Positions 47,309-60,567 of a stretch of 64,000 nucleotides of DNA are shown here, in pieces (positions within the stretch are counted from its first letter, which is position 1; each line of letters opens with the position of its first letter). The notes below the pieces were generated by a model. It did not search any database. It was not told where the DNA came from and worked only from the letters and a program-made list of their open reading frames with translations. Origin of the DNA: Octopus sinensis (Eukaryota); assembly GCF_006345805.1 (NCBI RefSeq), contig NC_043007.1, forward strand, positions 71,486,001 to 71,550,000, read 5' to 3'. A program made the translations under genes and the position numbers.

Positions 47309-47739
47309 AACATTTCCCACTGCTGTAATATATCTGAAGGGAAGATATTCTAGAATGAGACAATTCAGTTGTTGATCACTGAAAGAAGAGAACAGTTGAT
47401 AAGGTGTAACTTGGCTTATAATCGTAAATTAAAATCTTACAAATGTCTAACAAGCAACAGCTGCACTAGAATGAAAAGTTCTTTGGGATACATTATGATG
47501 TAGACATTGAAATAGTATCTTTCCTTTTGTTCATTATGGAATGAATATATAAATATTTCATCTATAGATAAAAATATTTATAAATTTCTAAGACAGTACG
47601 CTGGCCAAATCATTACCACACCTGAAAAAGTGCATAGCAGCACTTCTTCCAAATTTACATTCTGAGTTTAAATACTACCGGGGTCAACGTTGCCTTTCAT
47701 CCTTTCAGCGTTTATGAATTCCTATTTTAGATTCAAAGT

Positions 47740-47770
<31 letters not shown>

Positions 47771-47951
47771 CAATCAGCTAGCGCAATCTCATAAAACCAT
47801 TGTTTCACCTTTAATCCAACAGTGCATGGATGGTTACAGATATACTTCCACAAATCTTTTTAATCTATAAAATAATGAAAATTATAGACATTAACACATT
47901 AAACCCCAACATTTAGTTATCATGAAACATTTCATAATTATTGTCATTTTA

Positions 47952-49400
47952 TGTGCCGGTGGCACATAAAAAGCACCCACTACACTCACGGAGTGGTTGG
48001 CATTAGGAAGGGCATCCAGCTGTAGAAACACTGCCAGATCAGACTGGAGCCTGGTGCAGCCTTCTGGCTTCCCAGATCCCCGGTCGAACCGTCCAACCCA
48101 TGCTATCATGGAGAACGGACGTTAAACGATGATAATGATGAATGTCCGTTGTCCATGCTGGCATGGGTTAGACGGTTTGACCGAGCTGGCACACAGGAAG
48201 GCTGCACCAAACTCCAGTCTGATTTGGCATGGTTTTCTACAGCTGGATGCTCTTCCTAACACCAATCACTCTGAAAGTGTAATGAGTGCTTTTATGTGCC
48301 ATTTGCATGCTGTGCTTTTAAATGCCAAAGGCACAGGTACCAAGTTGCATGACACCAGTATCTGCCACAACTGCAATTTTACTCAGCTTAATGGGTCTTC
48401 TTCTTAAGCATGAAATAATGCCAAAAGTCTCCATAAGGCCCAACACTCACTCAGAAGGAACTCAGCCACTTTGCCTCCATGAAGCCCAACACTCGAAAGG
48501 TGCACTTGGCTTGACAGGTCCTCTCAAGCACAGTACATCGCCAAAGGTCTTGGTCACCAGTCATTGCTTCTGTAAGGCTCAAAGTTTGAAGATCATGCTT
48601 CACCTTGTTCTGGGTCTACCTTTACCACAGGTTCCCTCAACGGTTAGAGATCGGCACTTCTTGACACAGCTATCCTCATCCATACACATCACATGACTAT
48701 ACCAGCGCAGTCATCTCTCTTGCACACTACACCTAATGCTTCTTATGCTTAACTTTTCTTGCGAGATGCTTACATTCTGTTGAACATGCACACTGACATT
48801 GCACATCCAGCAAAGCATACTGGCTTCATTTCTTTCAAGGCTATGCATGTACTTGGCTGTCATAGCCTCATGTTTCACTGTCATGCAGCATAGCTATTTG
48901 CACACAGGCATCAAACAATCTGCCTTTCATTCTGAGAGAGAGGCTCTTTGTTGCAGCTGGGGTTGGAGCTCTCTGAACTTTGCCCATCCTAATCTTATTC
49001 TCACAGCCATGATCTCGGAGCATCCACCTCCACTACTAACTTGGAAGCTGTTTACTACCTCTAGCTTGCCCCTCTGGCAGTTGATGGAGTCTATTTTCTG
49101 CTCATTTTCAGCATTTATTGTACCCATGAATCTTCCACATACAAAATCTAGTTTCCCTGTTAACCTTTCTCTGATATTACTGCACCTTTTATGTGTTCAT
49201 AGCTTACACTGGGTGCATGTTATGGAGTCTCTACCTACACTTTTTCTACAGATTGAGCAGGGCCATCTAACTGAAGGGATTTGTGATTTGTCTGCCTACT
49301 AAGACTTTGGTTTTTGCTAGGTTAACTCTAAGGCCCTTTGATTCTAGACCTTGCTTCCATACCTGGAGCTTCTCTAGTTCAGGTTCAGGTATTGTGTTTA
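47952..49400. mobile_element. RTE LINE pieces: plus-strand 3' UTR (47952-48141) tail-to-tail with a longer minus-strand copy (48142-49400)
   Basis: ggaagggcatccagctgtagaaac...ggacgttaaacgatgat tail; minus copy includes LEVVNSF..LG...VRIRLGWAKFREL. Confidence 0.85.
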
Positions 49401-49576
49401 AAAATCCCAAATACTAAAAAAATAGAATAAAAATCATTGGTTGTTTTGGGGGAGGGGTGTTTACCTCATAATACTGTTTTAAAATGTAAGGAAAAGAATT
49501 AATGGAAGTTTTCTTTAAGATTAGAAATACTAAATTTCTAAATCTCTCGTAGAGACATGTACGGTGGTGGGGCGAT

Positions 49577-49746
49577 AGAATGGTTGTATACTGTCAATCT
49601 AACACGAACGTGACAGTAGGGGGGTACACCACTGCTGTATAGCCCTAGGAAGCATCGACGCCTCAGGATGCTTCCTAGGGCTATACAGCGGTGGTGTACC
49701 CCCCTACTGTCACGTTCGTGTTAGATTGACAGTATACAACCATTCT
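49577..49746. repeat. Fold-back (80-bp arms, one mismatch, 10-nt loop) inside a 12-bp direct-repeat-flanked insertion
   Basis: Arms 49577-49656 and 49667-49746; ttctttaagatt at 49511-49522 and 49743-49754. Confidence 0.95.
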
Positions 49747-50079
49747 TTAAGATTGTTTTCCTTGAATGTTGTTTCATGATTATTAATTAGTGGTATGATA
49801 ACATAAAGCAGTAGAACCTGTGAAACCATTTCTCTTTTCATTTCAGCTTTCAAATTGATTTTTATTTTGTCTGCTCTCTTGTTTCAGTTTCGATTTGGAT
49901 TCACTTTTAGTCTTATTTTAAAGGTAAAACAAACTATAATATGCATGCATTTAGTCTTTCAAGCTTTCTCTCAACCAATATCTTTTGAATTTGTAGGCTT
50001 CCTCTTTCCCTTCTTTGTTGTCCCTTGCGCTGCAGCAACCTGAATCCTTGTTAGAGATAAAAAATCATTAAGAAAATGG

Positions 50080-50880
50080 CACATGAATAATAATTTCATT
50101 GAATTTTTAGCTCAAAGATGGAACCAACAAACCAGTTTATTATGTTTCAAAGATGAGAATGATGAGCCGGCCATTGAACACTTACATTCCATCTACCAAA
50201 ATTGCTCTGATTGTTGCTTCTCGAAATTTGTTCCATATATTTATAGGTGATTGCATCGTGGTGTTATCAGTGCAGATGTAGGGTTTTACATTCACAAGTT
50301 TTGATAATAACAGGAGTGTGTCAAGTATTGTACCTTGTGGGACTGTGCATTGATGGCTGACAGATCAGTGAATGGACTCAAAAGTGTGACTTCGATCAAT
50401 CTCATACCAAAATAACTTTGTTACCTTTTAAGTTCATTGTAGCACAGAATCTTTTGTATGAGACTCCTTTGATGTCCTGGATTTGTCACACATCTTCACC
50501 CATATCTTAGTTCCACATCTGAGAAAACCTGCTGTGCTATGGATATCAAATTGGATATCAAATTGCTTTTAAGGATTGAATTGGTTTTTCAGATGATAAG
50601 CTTGCAGTTGGTTATTGACTGTTGATTCCATTACTTTGCTAATGATAATTAGTACAAGACTATTCGAGGCAAAGGAACATCATTTCTGTGATGGTTTTAT
50701 GTTGGTCTGAAAATGTGCTGCAAATAAAGTATCATGCAAGGGGCTAGTTAATTCCTCACAGCTTTCCTTCAAGAATTTCATCAGAACTGATTGCTTTGTT
50801 AGGTTAAATTTCCTATATTGGTAATATTTTGGCTTTGAGATCTGGTGGGGGTGGTAGAGGTGGTCTAACATGCCCAGAAG
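50080..50880 (-). mobile_element. Highly degenerate CR1/L2/Jockey-group RT
   Basis: LKESCEELTSPL...SIISKVMESTVNNQL...YICTDNTT (YADD-region) remnants. Confidence 0.5.
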
Positions 50881-51129
50881 TGAAAATAAATTGTAGAGCT
50901 ATAGTTTGGTATACATAGGTTGGTGTGTGTGTTAGTTTATTTGATATACTGTTGTGTGTTAATAAATATACAAAATATCCAGTAAAGTAGAATATAGGCT
51001 AATCACCTGCATAATTAATCAGGTTATTCAGGAAGGTGTAATACTCGGTACTAGTGTAGCAGCATTATTGTTAGCTGCCACTAGGGTAAGTGAGATGCCT
51101 TAGATAGAAGCAATTATAGAGGTATAAAA

Positions 51130-52500
51130 CTCCTGGACCAGGTAATGAGAATTACGGAGAGAGTTGTAGCCTAATTAATTAGGAGCAGAATTAAGCTATA
51201 TGAAATGCAGTTCGACTTTGCTCCAGGTAGAAGTACTATGGATGCTATTTTCATAATCAGGCAACTGCAAAAGAAATACTTAGCTAAGAATAAACCATTA
51301 TACTTAGCATTTGTTGATCTAGAGAACACCTTTGGTAGATACTCTGCTGTGTGATATGGTGGGCTCTGAGAAGACTAGTGATAAAAAAAGTAGCTTGTGA
51401 AAGCTGTACAGGCTATGTACAAAGATTCTGTCAGTAAGGTGAGAGTTAACCATAAGTACAATAAAGAATTTGGTGTACAGGTAGGCATTTATCAAGGTTC
51501 CATCCTCAGTCCCCTCCTGTTCATCATTGTCCTCCAGACAATAACACAAGAATTCAAAACCAGGAGCCCCTGAGAACTCCTATATATATTGATGATCTTG
51601 CCCTTATAGCAGATTCTGTATCAGAGCTAGAAAAGAAATTCCAGGTGTGAAAACAAAACCTGAAATCTAAGGACCTTTAGGTTAACTTAGCAATGACTAA
51701 GGTCTTAGTAAGCAAGAAAATAGACAGTACCCTACCCACGTCAGATAAGTGACCCTGATCCCTGTGACTTTTCCCTGATTCTCCTAATGAAAAAAGTTCT
51801 TAATGTGGAAAAGGTGAATGAAAAAACAACAGAGGCATTAAAAGGCATCATTTTGCAAGAGTTCCAGGATTGCTTCAAATGAAAAATACTTCGAAGGCAA
51901 TAAAAGTGTAAACATGTAAAAGTAAATGGATAAAATAATATTGCAAATTTCCAGTTTCTTTTGGGTACCCTCTCGTATTCAGAGAGAAATTAAGCATAAG
52001 AGAAATGCATTGTGCACGAGAAAAGACTGCACTGGTTTGGTCATGTGATGTGGATGGTTACCAACAACTCCATAAATAAGTGCCGGTCTCTCAAAGTGAA
52101 TGGAACATATGGAAGAGGGAGGCCCAGAAAGATAGGGGACAAAGTACTGCAGGACGACCTCCGGACACTGAACCTCTCAGTCGAGATGACAAAGGACCAA
52201 GATACCTGGCATCTTGCTTGTACTCAAGAGAACCTCCTCCACAGCAGAAGTGTTAAGGCCACATCCCCTGGTGAAGAGAATTGACCTGCACGAGTTCAAT
52301 GCTAGTGCCGCATAAGAGTACTCATGCAGTGTCACCTTAAAAGCACCCAGCACACACTGTAAAGTGCTTGGCATTACAAAGGGCATCCAACTGTAGAAAT
52401 CAAGCCATATCAGACTAGAACTTTATGCAGCTCTCTAGTTTACCTGTTCTTGTTAAACTTTCTGGCCCATGCCAGCTTGGGAAACACATTAAAGGAAGAA
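51130..52500 (+). mobile_element. RTE LINE RT and 3' end, with a mariner 3' fragment nested at ~51755-51977
   Basis: QFDFAPGRSTMDAIFIIRQLQKKYLAKNKPLYLAFVDLE; EKRLHWFGHV...GRGRPRK; nested PCDFF...EALKGI...EFQDCF and TIR-like tttgggtaccctctcgta. Confidence 0.85.
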
Positions 52501-53639
52501 TAGGAGGAGGAGATATCTGTGTGTTTCATGTGTATGCAAGGAATTACAACCGTATTTCGTGGTCTGCTACCACAACAGCTCCTTTATAGGATCCAGTTAG
52601 CTCAAGACATCATCAGGAGGAATCATGTCCGGTTTCGGCCCCTACTCCTCTACCATTTTGACGTGGTGGGGCCCCCACTTTCAGAGGTGTCTTCAGCTCT
52701 GGTGTTGGGTGCATGTCTTCTTTCTTCTGTTCCTTGGCCTCTTCGATGTATCGTCAGCTAGTGTCAGCTGGTGACTGACTGTCTTGTCAAATTTTTCCCT
52801 TTAAATACGTGCCGCATAGGCTCCAGCAGGCAGCCCCAGCAAGTTGTCACGTGACACTGTCTCACCTTAACTGACTAGTGAAGGCACGTAGTTTTAGCCC
52901 GCGCTTTTTCTAAATGACCGTCACCTGTCAGTCAGCTTGTCTCACCTAATGATGTTATTTCCCGTCGGCGTGTTTATGAAAAAATGCTTTGTATTTATGA
53001 GTGATGATGGTAGTCTCTTGTTTTGTTGAGTTATTAAAATGAGACATGAAGAACCATTAAATTGTGATTTGACCCATACTATCTGGTAGTAGTGAAAGTG
53101 TTCATTGCTTTAACTTTATCTTTGTACCATCAGAAAGTTAATTAATAATATCTAATTGGAAAATGTGCAGGATGTATATGTCTTGTAGAAATATTGTTTG
53201 ATTAGTTAAACAGTATTATTAATTTAATCCTTTTAATTATTTTGCTGCTCTCTTTTGAACATTGAGAAAGACACTCTCTATCCCCAAAATAAGTAAAGTG
53301 ACTGGACTTAAATGTCTACACACACACACACACATACACACCTATACACAGTTAGTCTGTTTAAAAATCATAAACTATAAAATAAATAGATAAATAAATA
53401 TAGAATTAAAAGTTTAACTACTGACATATTTCACTGAATCCACACTGTATATGAACATATGTATACATACATACAGACATGTGGACACATATTCTTTCTC
53501 ACACACTCACATTATTCACTCCACATTCACACAGACTCTCTCTCATTCATATCCTTATAAAAATACATACAAAGAAGCTTTAAACCAAGAGACAGGCCTG
53601 AAGGAGACCTGGAGTAGGGAGGGCATGTCATTGAGCTGA

Positions 53640-55520
53640 TTGATTGATTGATTTTGGTTCTTTTAACAGTCAGATACACTCAGGTAACCCAGCTAAGGTT
53701 GATCAAGTTTCAGCTTAAGTCCAGTTAACTCTACTCCATCCATGGCTCACACTTGATCCACAGCCACCTTGAAGCAAGCCTTTCTGTCTCCATAGTCAAC
53801 TTGATGTTCTTCTACCTATTGTCCCCTGTTAATACTCTTCATGTTGTAGGCTCTGCGGAGAGACTCACCTGTGAACTATATGCATCCCTCACATTTTACT
53901 TGACACCTGTTGTTTTGACATAACTTCTCCAGCTCAGCATATTTTGATCTCTTTTTCTCTTTTATCTTCTCACTTTGGTTTTCTCAGCAAGTGGTGAGTT
54001 GTCATATTTGACCTTTATGTTGTTGAGGCAGCAGTTTCTGGCAACCTAGCTACATTCCCAGGTAGACTTTCAGTTCTTAGTCTTATGCCATTGCCAGTAA
54101 ACTTAGTAGGTTGAGGGGAAATCTTGGCAATTGGTATCATATTCACATCAGCTTTGACAAAAGCAATAGGTTTCTTCATTGGGTACTGGATCTGGTCTTG
54201 ATACTGGTGGTAGCATCCCTTCTCCCCGGGTTTTTTGACAACAGTTGAGGATGTACTCCTTATTATGCACAGAGTGAAATCTGATAACTCTACCTTTATC
54301 CAGCAGAACAAGTTGGATGGACTCACTAGAATGATGTAGTCTGCTTAAATCAATAATTCTGTCTAGTGGGGTTCCACTCATTAAAACTCAGACTATGACA
54401 CTTTGCATGTCACCACTGGTGTCTCACCCTAACCCTCTTGCTTGCTTACTCCTCAATTAATACTCACACCTCGTTGCAGATCAGTAATCACCCACTCTTT
54501 TCTTACAACTTGTCACAGTGAGGTGTAGTGTTGCTACCCAGGTCAACCTTTCCACATGGTACTACATCCACCAGCAATCCATGCTTTAGATGTGATTCTC
54601 TTCATCTGCTCTTCATTTCCATTTTATCCTGACTTCAGTATCAACCCAACAGACTTCTACATTGCAGAACTCTTAACATTGCAGTACTTTTCCAACATGG
54701 ATACTACAAATTCTTTTTTCGGGTTACCGGTGGGGAAATTTGTGTTATTATTCTGCTCAGTTCTTGTCATTTCTGTAAGAATCTGCTGACCTCCTCCCTA
54801 AAGCCCCCGATTGTCATTATCTGGACCTCATATACTAATGGTGACCAAAGAATACATGAATCTGGGAGGATGTCATGTTTGTAAATCCAAGTCTTAACCC
54901 TTTCGTTACTGTGTTTATTTCAATTATTTTAAATATAAAAAAGAATTTAGTAAAATAACTTAGTTATCATTAAGCTAGTGTTAGGAATATAAATTGTGAC
55001 TAAGGTTTGGTGGTATATTTTGATGCAAAACTTATGAAAACAAGACATTTGTACTACAAAGCCAGAGCCGGTTGGTAACGAAAGGGTTAAACATGCCTAG
55101 TAGGCTTCCAGTTTTTGGCTATGGATGCTGTACCATTCAGGCTACCATCAAACACCTTTCACAGACTCTTCTCTGGTTTCTTGTTGGTACTATCTGTATG
55201 ATATCAACCAAGATGAACTTGTTGCTAACCCTGCTTCAAACTTGACTGGTTTGAAACTTATGCAAGCCCAAATCCTTAGCTCCTCAAGTCTCTGCAGGTA
55301 AGGGTGGATGTGGAAGAGAGGCACATTAACCCCCTTGTACTTAACCCTTAAACTCCCAAACCTGAGCTGATGGATTTTACTGGCTCTTTTACTCATAATG
55401 TGGAAAGGTTTCACTACTTTCTTCTCCAGCGCAAACTTCTCAGCTGCTAGACTGAAAATGATGTTGGTTGTTGTTTGGGCCTTCCTGACTCCTGCACCTC
55501 ACCAGAGTTAGTTGTGAACC
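53640..55520 (-). mobile_element. Fragmented RTE LINE 5' region/AP endonuclease remnants
   Basis: Degenerate minus-strand pieces; boundaries uncertain. Confidence 0.45.
54898..55086. mobile_element. piggyBac-type MITE
   Basis: TTAA|CCCTTTCGTTAC ... GTAACGAAAGGG|TTAA. Confidence 0.9.
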
Positions 55521-55919
55521 ATCCAATAATATCAAATACTAATCACTATCTTCCTTATTATTCTTCCTTCTCTTTTCAAATTTTCAATATTTGTTCATTT
55601 CACTTTATTTATTTTTCCCTTTTTTATCACAATCAGCCATTCCTTATTCTAAATATCAGTAAGTTTTACATATTTTTGTTGCATCTTGGAAGGGTCATTG
55701 TGCCAATAATAAACAAACAATGGTTCTACTTCACAGCTTTAATATTGGTCAATTCATTAACTATTTAACCAAGTAACTAATCAATTATTTGAGCTGGAGT
55801 AGAGAGAGCATTTCATTGAAGAGCTTTGCAAATGGCAATGAAAGGACTTTAATAAACATAACTGATTGATCGATTAACTGAATAATTAATCAAATAATCA
55901 AGTAGTTGATTGGTTAAAT

Positions 55920-56140
55920 AGTGAAGGCGCATAGATTTGTAATTAGGGTGTTTGGCTCACGATTGTAAGATCATGAGTTCAATTCCTGGTGGAACATTGT
56001 GTCCTTGAGCAAGACACTTTATTTCACATTGCTCCAGTCAGCTCAGCTGATAAAACTGAATTTTACCTGTAATTCAAAGGCCCAGCCTTGTCACTTTCAG
56101 TGTATCACATATCTCCCTGAGAACTATGTTAAGGGTACAC
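55920..56140 (+). mobile_element. SINE family C-like, degenerate
   Basis: gagttcaattcc...gtccttgagcaagacactttatttcac core. Confidence 0.6.
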
Positions 56141-56275
56141 ATGTCTGACAGTGTCCTTCTTCCTTCCAGTAAACTTCTGAAGATACAAAAAATCTGTTTC
56201 AGCTCATGCATTCACATCAGGAATTTTGCTAACAAAATGTAAAAGCTTAACATATTTTCTTCTCTTTTTTATCAG

Positions 56276-56338
56276 GTTATTTGAAGTTGTTATCTGAGTT
56301 AACTAAAGTTGGAGATATTTCGTATGAACAATTCCAAG
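56276..56338 (+). CDS. GNPNAT1: GNPNAT1 coding exon 3
   Basis: ttttatcag|GT ... CAA G|gtaaga; (G)YLKLLSELTKVGDISYEQFQ; phases 1/1. Confidence 0.92.
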
Positions 56339-56639
56339 GTAAGATCAGTGTTTACAATCACATCTGCTGTGTGATATCCTTCAATAATTCACTATTGTTT
56401 TCTAACATAATTACTACCTGTGGTAAGAGCAAAGCTTCTACCAGACCAAAGGTGTCATGATGGTGGAACAGTGAGATAGACAGGATCATAAAAGGAAAGA
56501 GTGAGAAAATGGAGATAGCAAAGAACCATATCAGGTAGCTATAAGGGAAGCCTTGCAACAGATTTAGCTAGTAAGAGCACAAGCAGAAACAAAGAGAACA
56601 ACCAATGTCTTTCAGTGTAAGGATCAGAGATAAGAGGTG

Positions 56640-57082
56640 GGATCTTTTCGGTTTGAACGGCAGTTTTTTCTATGAAATTATCACCCATAATTATGACTCT
56701 AGTATCATCATCATCATCATCGTTTAACGTCCGCTTTCCATGCTAGCATGGAATTTCAATCTGCTCTACGGTTAGGGTTAGTTAGGGTTAGGAGGAAGGA
56801 TATCTTTTTTTTCTTCACAAATGTAAATAAACCCAATCTTTCTTAAATGAGAGACATATTCATACGGCACATGTTTTTTACCTCAATAGTGTCAGTGATT
56901 GGTTGAAATTGCAGAAATTGAAGAAGAAAAAAACAACAAATATCTTACAAACTATAGAATTTTCTCAATAAAGCCAAGAGAAAAAGATGTTTTATAAACA
57001 CATTCTACCTGTATACGAAGTTTAAAATTTTTTAGTTACCTAGAAATTATGTTAAAAACTGCTGTTCAAACCGAAAAATTCC
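56640..57082. mobile_element. GGATC-TIR MITE with a short RTE tail inserted at ~56704-56750
   Basis: TSD aagaggtg / aagaggta (7 of 8). Confidence 0.9.
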
Positions 57083-57343
57083 AAGAGGTATTTGGGATCA
57101 CTAGTCAATGTGCCAAGAAGAATTGAGATGTTGCGGGGTGAAAAGTGTGTATAGCTGAATAATGGTATGCTTGCACTTAATGACTGAAAAGAAATACACG
57201 TGGAAGTGCTATTATGAAAGACTATTAAATGTGGATAATGAATGGGGAAAAGGCAATCTCCCCTATAGGAACCCAACAGAGGGACCAGCTATCCTTGTTG
57301 AGAGTGGAAGACGGACGTTAAACAATGATGATATATATATATA

Positions 57344-57658
57344 TAGGTGCAGGAGTGGCTGTGTGTTAAGTGGCTTGGTTACCAACCACATGGTTCTGGG
57401 TTCAGTCCCACTGCGTTGCACCTTGGGCAAGCGTCTTCTACTATAGCCTCAGCCCGACCAAAGCCTTGTGAGTGGATTTGGTAGACAAAAACTGAAAGAA
57501 GCCCGTCGTATATATGTATATATATGTATGTGTGTGTATATGTTTGTATGTTTGTCCCCCCCCTCTCCCAACATCACTTGACAACCAATGCTGGTGTGTT
57601 TACGTCCCCGTAACTTAACAGTTTGGCAAAATAGACTGATAGAATAAGTACTAGGCTT
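57344..57658 (+). mobile_element. SINE family A, 3' truncated
   Basis: Matches 16234 copy. Confidence 0.85.
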
Positions 57659-57970
57659 TGAACTCAGAATGTAAAGAGCCACAAACATTTCTGCTGACAT
57701 GCCGATGATTCTGCCTCACTTCCACCCACAGGACAACGTAAAATGAAGTGTTTTGCTCAAGAACACAACACACCACCCAGTCCAGGAATCAGACCCATGA
57801 TCTAGCAATCATGAGTGCAACACCATTGCCACTAGGCTATACACCTTCATACATATATATATATATGTGTACCCTATACCATAATGACATGCTGAAAATG
57901 ATCCTAAGAACAAAATTTTCTTTTAATATTTTTTTAATATTGTTTTTTTTTTTCTTTTAATTACTTCTAG

Positions 57971-58101
57971 CTCGATTTAATTCCATGAAGTCTTGTTCTA
58001 ACACATATTATATAGTTGTGATAGAAGATACGAGCACGGGGTTAATAATTGGCAGTGCTACGCTTGTTATTGAACAGAAATTTATTCACAATACCTCAAG
58101 T
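57971..58101 (+). CDS. GNPNAT1: GNPNAT1 coding exon 4
   Basis: ttctag|CT ... AGT|gtaagt; (A)RFNSMKSCSNTYYIVVIEDTSTGLIIGSATLVIEQKFIHNTSS; phases 1/0. Confidence 0.94.
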
Positions 58102-58399
58102 GTAAGTATGGTTAATTCCTTATCTTTTCATTTTCAGTCATGTCGTACTTAATTCACTTTTAATTATAATGAATTATTAGCTCCAAGCAGTTTTAGGTAT
58201 AAGCAAATTTTAGGTTAGTTAAAATGTTTGTGACATATTTCAACAGTTGAAAGGTAAATACACTGCAGTTATCGTAGAGAAAATATTTCTGTCATGGTAA
58301 AAAGTTGCAGTGTCGCCATCTGTCAAGATTCCCAGACACTGATGTTTCAAGCTAGTTGGCTTTTAATTATACTTCCAAATAATGTCACTTATAAAAAAG

Positions 58400-58710
58400 G
58401 TACATGGCTCAGGCTCACAATCATGAGGTAGTGAGTTTGACTCCCAAACCAGGTTGTATGTTGTGTTCTTGAGCAAGACACTTTATTTCTTGTTGCTCCA
58501 GTTCACTCAGCTGTAGAAATGAGTTGCAATGTCATTGGTGCCAAGCTGTATCAGTCTTTGCCTTTCCAGTGGATAACATCAGCGGCATGGAGAGGGGAGG
58601 CTGGTAAGCACGGGCAACTGCTGATCTTCTATAAACAACCTTTCCTGGACTATGCCTCATAGGGGAACTTTCTATGTACAATCCCATGGTCAGTCATGAC
58701 TGAAGAGGCC
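58400..58710 (+). mobile_element. SINE family C
   Basis: Colinear with 44715-45051. Confidence 0.82.
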
Positions 58711-59673
58711 CTCCTCCAATCATCACTGTCATTTGATGTCTATGTTCAGTGCTGGCATGGGTTGGATAGCTTGACAGGATACAGCAAGCCTGAGCTATGT
58801 TGAGCTCCAGTATCAGCTTTGGAATGGTTTTTATGGCTAGTTGCCCTTCCTAATGCCAACCACTTTACAGGGTGTATTGGGTGCATTAATTGTGGTACCA
58901 ACACTAGTGAAGTTGCCAAGTTATTTGCAAGAGAGAAAGAGAAGTGACGATGGACTATTTGAGAGGTGGGGGTTCATAAGTGACAGGAGAGTGAAAATGA
59001 CAGATGGTTAGAGATGGGTGGAGGTAGAGGAGGTACAAATTTTTTTCTTGATGGAAAAAAAACATGGCTTCTTGTGACGTCAACACATACACACACAGAG
59101 CACACACACACATATAATGAATGTCATGGCTGTCAATTAACACAAACACGTCTGCTATCTGTGACATATACACACACACATAGTCTTTGCACTCTCTATG
59201 AAAAATAAAGTTGACATACACAACAGTTTAATCATTTGGTAATATTTTTAACTGAATGTGATTTCAAAAATGTAAGTTGTTTGTACTGTTAGTATTTATA
59301 TTTTAATGTTTTTTTTAATTATTTTCAAGTGAATGTCAATCTTTCGCTTGTCATCCAGAGTTTATTAATTTCCGTCAAAAATCTTTATTTCTTTACCTAT
59401 GTTTCAAAGTGAAAGAGAGGAGAAAGTGAAAGACGTATGTATGTGTATATGAAGTGGATGTGTATGTGTGAAAGAGAGAGAGAGAGAGAGAGAGCGAGAA
59501 AAAAAAGAGAGTGAGTGAAGTGGGTGTTGTCATGTATACATACATGCATCAATACATATGTTTACATCTTTTTTGTATGTACATGTGCATATGTGAGAAA
59601 GAGAGAGAGAGAGTGAGTGAACATCCATTTCATATACATGTTCATACATCTTTCACTTTCTCTTCTCTGTATC

Positions 59674-59722
<49 letters not shown>

Positions 59723-60051
59723 TAAGGGCTAAAAACCTTAAAATATACATATGTATTAGAATTTTCTCTGTTTTTTCAGATTTTTGTATGCTAGGCTACT
59801 GGTTTTAAATTGATATTAATTAAATTAATCAATTTATCTCCCTCATTATTTAAATGTTTATATATATATAATGCATAATGTTATCAATTTTTGGCCCATA
59901 TCTTTAGCTAAGCTATTCACAACCATTATCTAACTTCTATTATAATAGTGTTTAAACTGCTAATTTCGAGTATAGTTTTGATTTTCATAAAATACGAAAT
60001 TTTACTATAAATCCCTTCTGTATCAAGTAATTATTTTGTTTGTTTTTTTAG

Positions 60052-60113
60052 CGTGGAAGAATAGAAGATGTAGTTATTAAAAATGACTACCGGGGGCAAC
60101 AATTAGGAAAATT
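60052..60113 (+). CDS. GNPNAT1: GNPNAT1 coding exon 5 (acetyl-CoA binding motif A)
   Basis: ttttttag|CGT ... TT|gtaagt; RGRIEDVVIKNDYRGQQLGK(L); phases 0/2. Confidence 0.94.
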
Positions 60114-60269
60114 GTAAGTATGATAAAGGGACTTTTTTTCATTTATTTCTTTAACTGTTTAATAGCTTAGTTGCATCATGTCCGTATCATTACATTGTTT
60201 TCATATAAATCCAGGAAACCTTAAAGACTTTTAAGTGTTTTTGCATTCAAAATTTTGATATTTAGGATT

Positions 60270-60567
60270 TTTTGAGTGAGGTCATTGCCAATGCCGCTGG
60301 ACTGGCTCCTGTGCAGGTGGCACGTAAAAATCACCACTTGAGCATGGCCGTTGCCAGTACTGCCTGACTGGCTCTTGTGCCGGTGGCACATGAAAGCAAC
60401 CACTATACTCTTGGAGTGGTTGGCGTTAGGAAGGGCATCCAGCTGTAGAAACTCTGCCAGATCAGATTGGAACCTGGTGCAGCCATCTGGTTCGCCAGTC
60501 CTCAGTAAAATCGTCCAGTCCATGCCAACATAGAAAGTGGACGTTAAATGATGATGATGATGATGAC
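60270..60567 (+). mobile_element. RTE LINE 3' UTR with (GAT)n tail
   Basis: Matches 47952-48141; another reverse piece at ~58720-58900. Confidence 0.85.

Noticed and set aside
52500-52990. Possible piggyBac transposase 5' remnant on the minus strand
   Set aside because: Only a weak PPDDV...QTTKY resemblance with multiple stops and no paired TTAA termini; not supportable.
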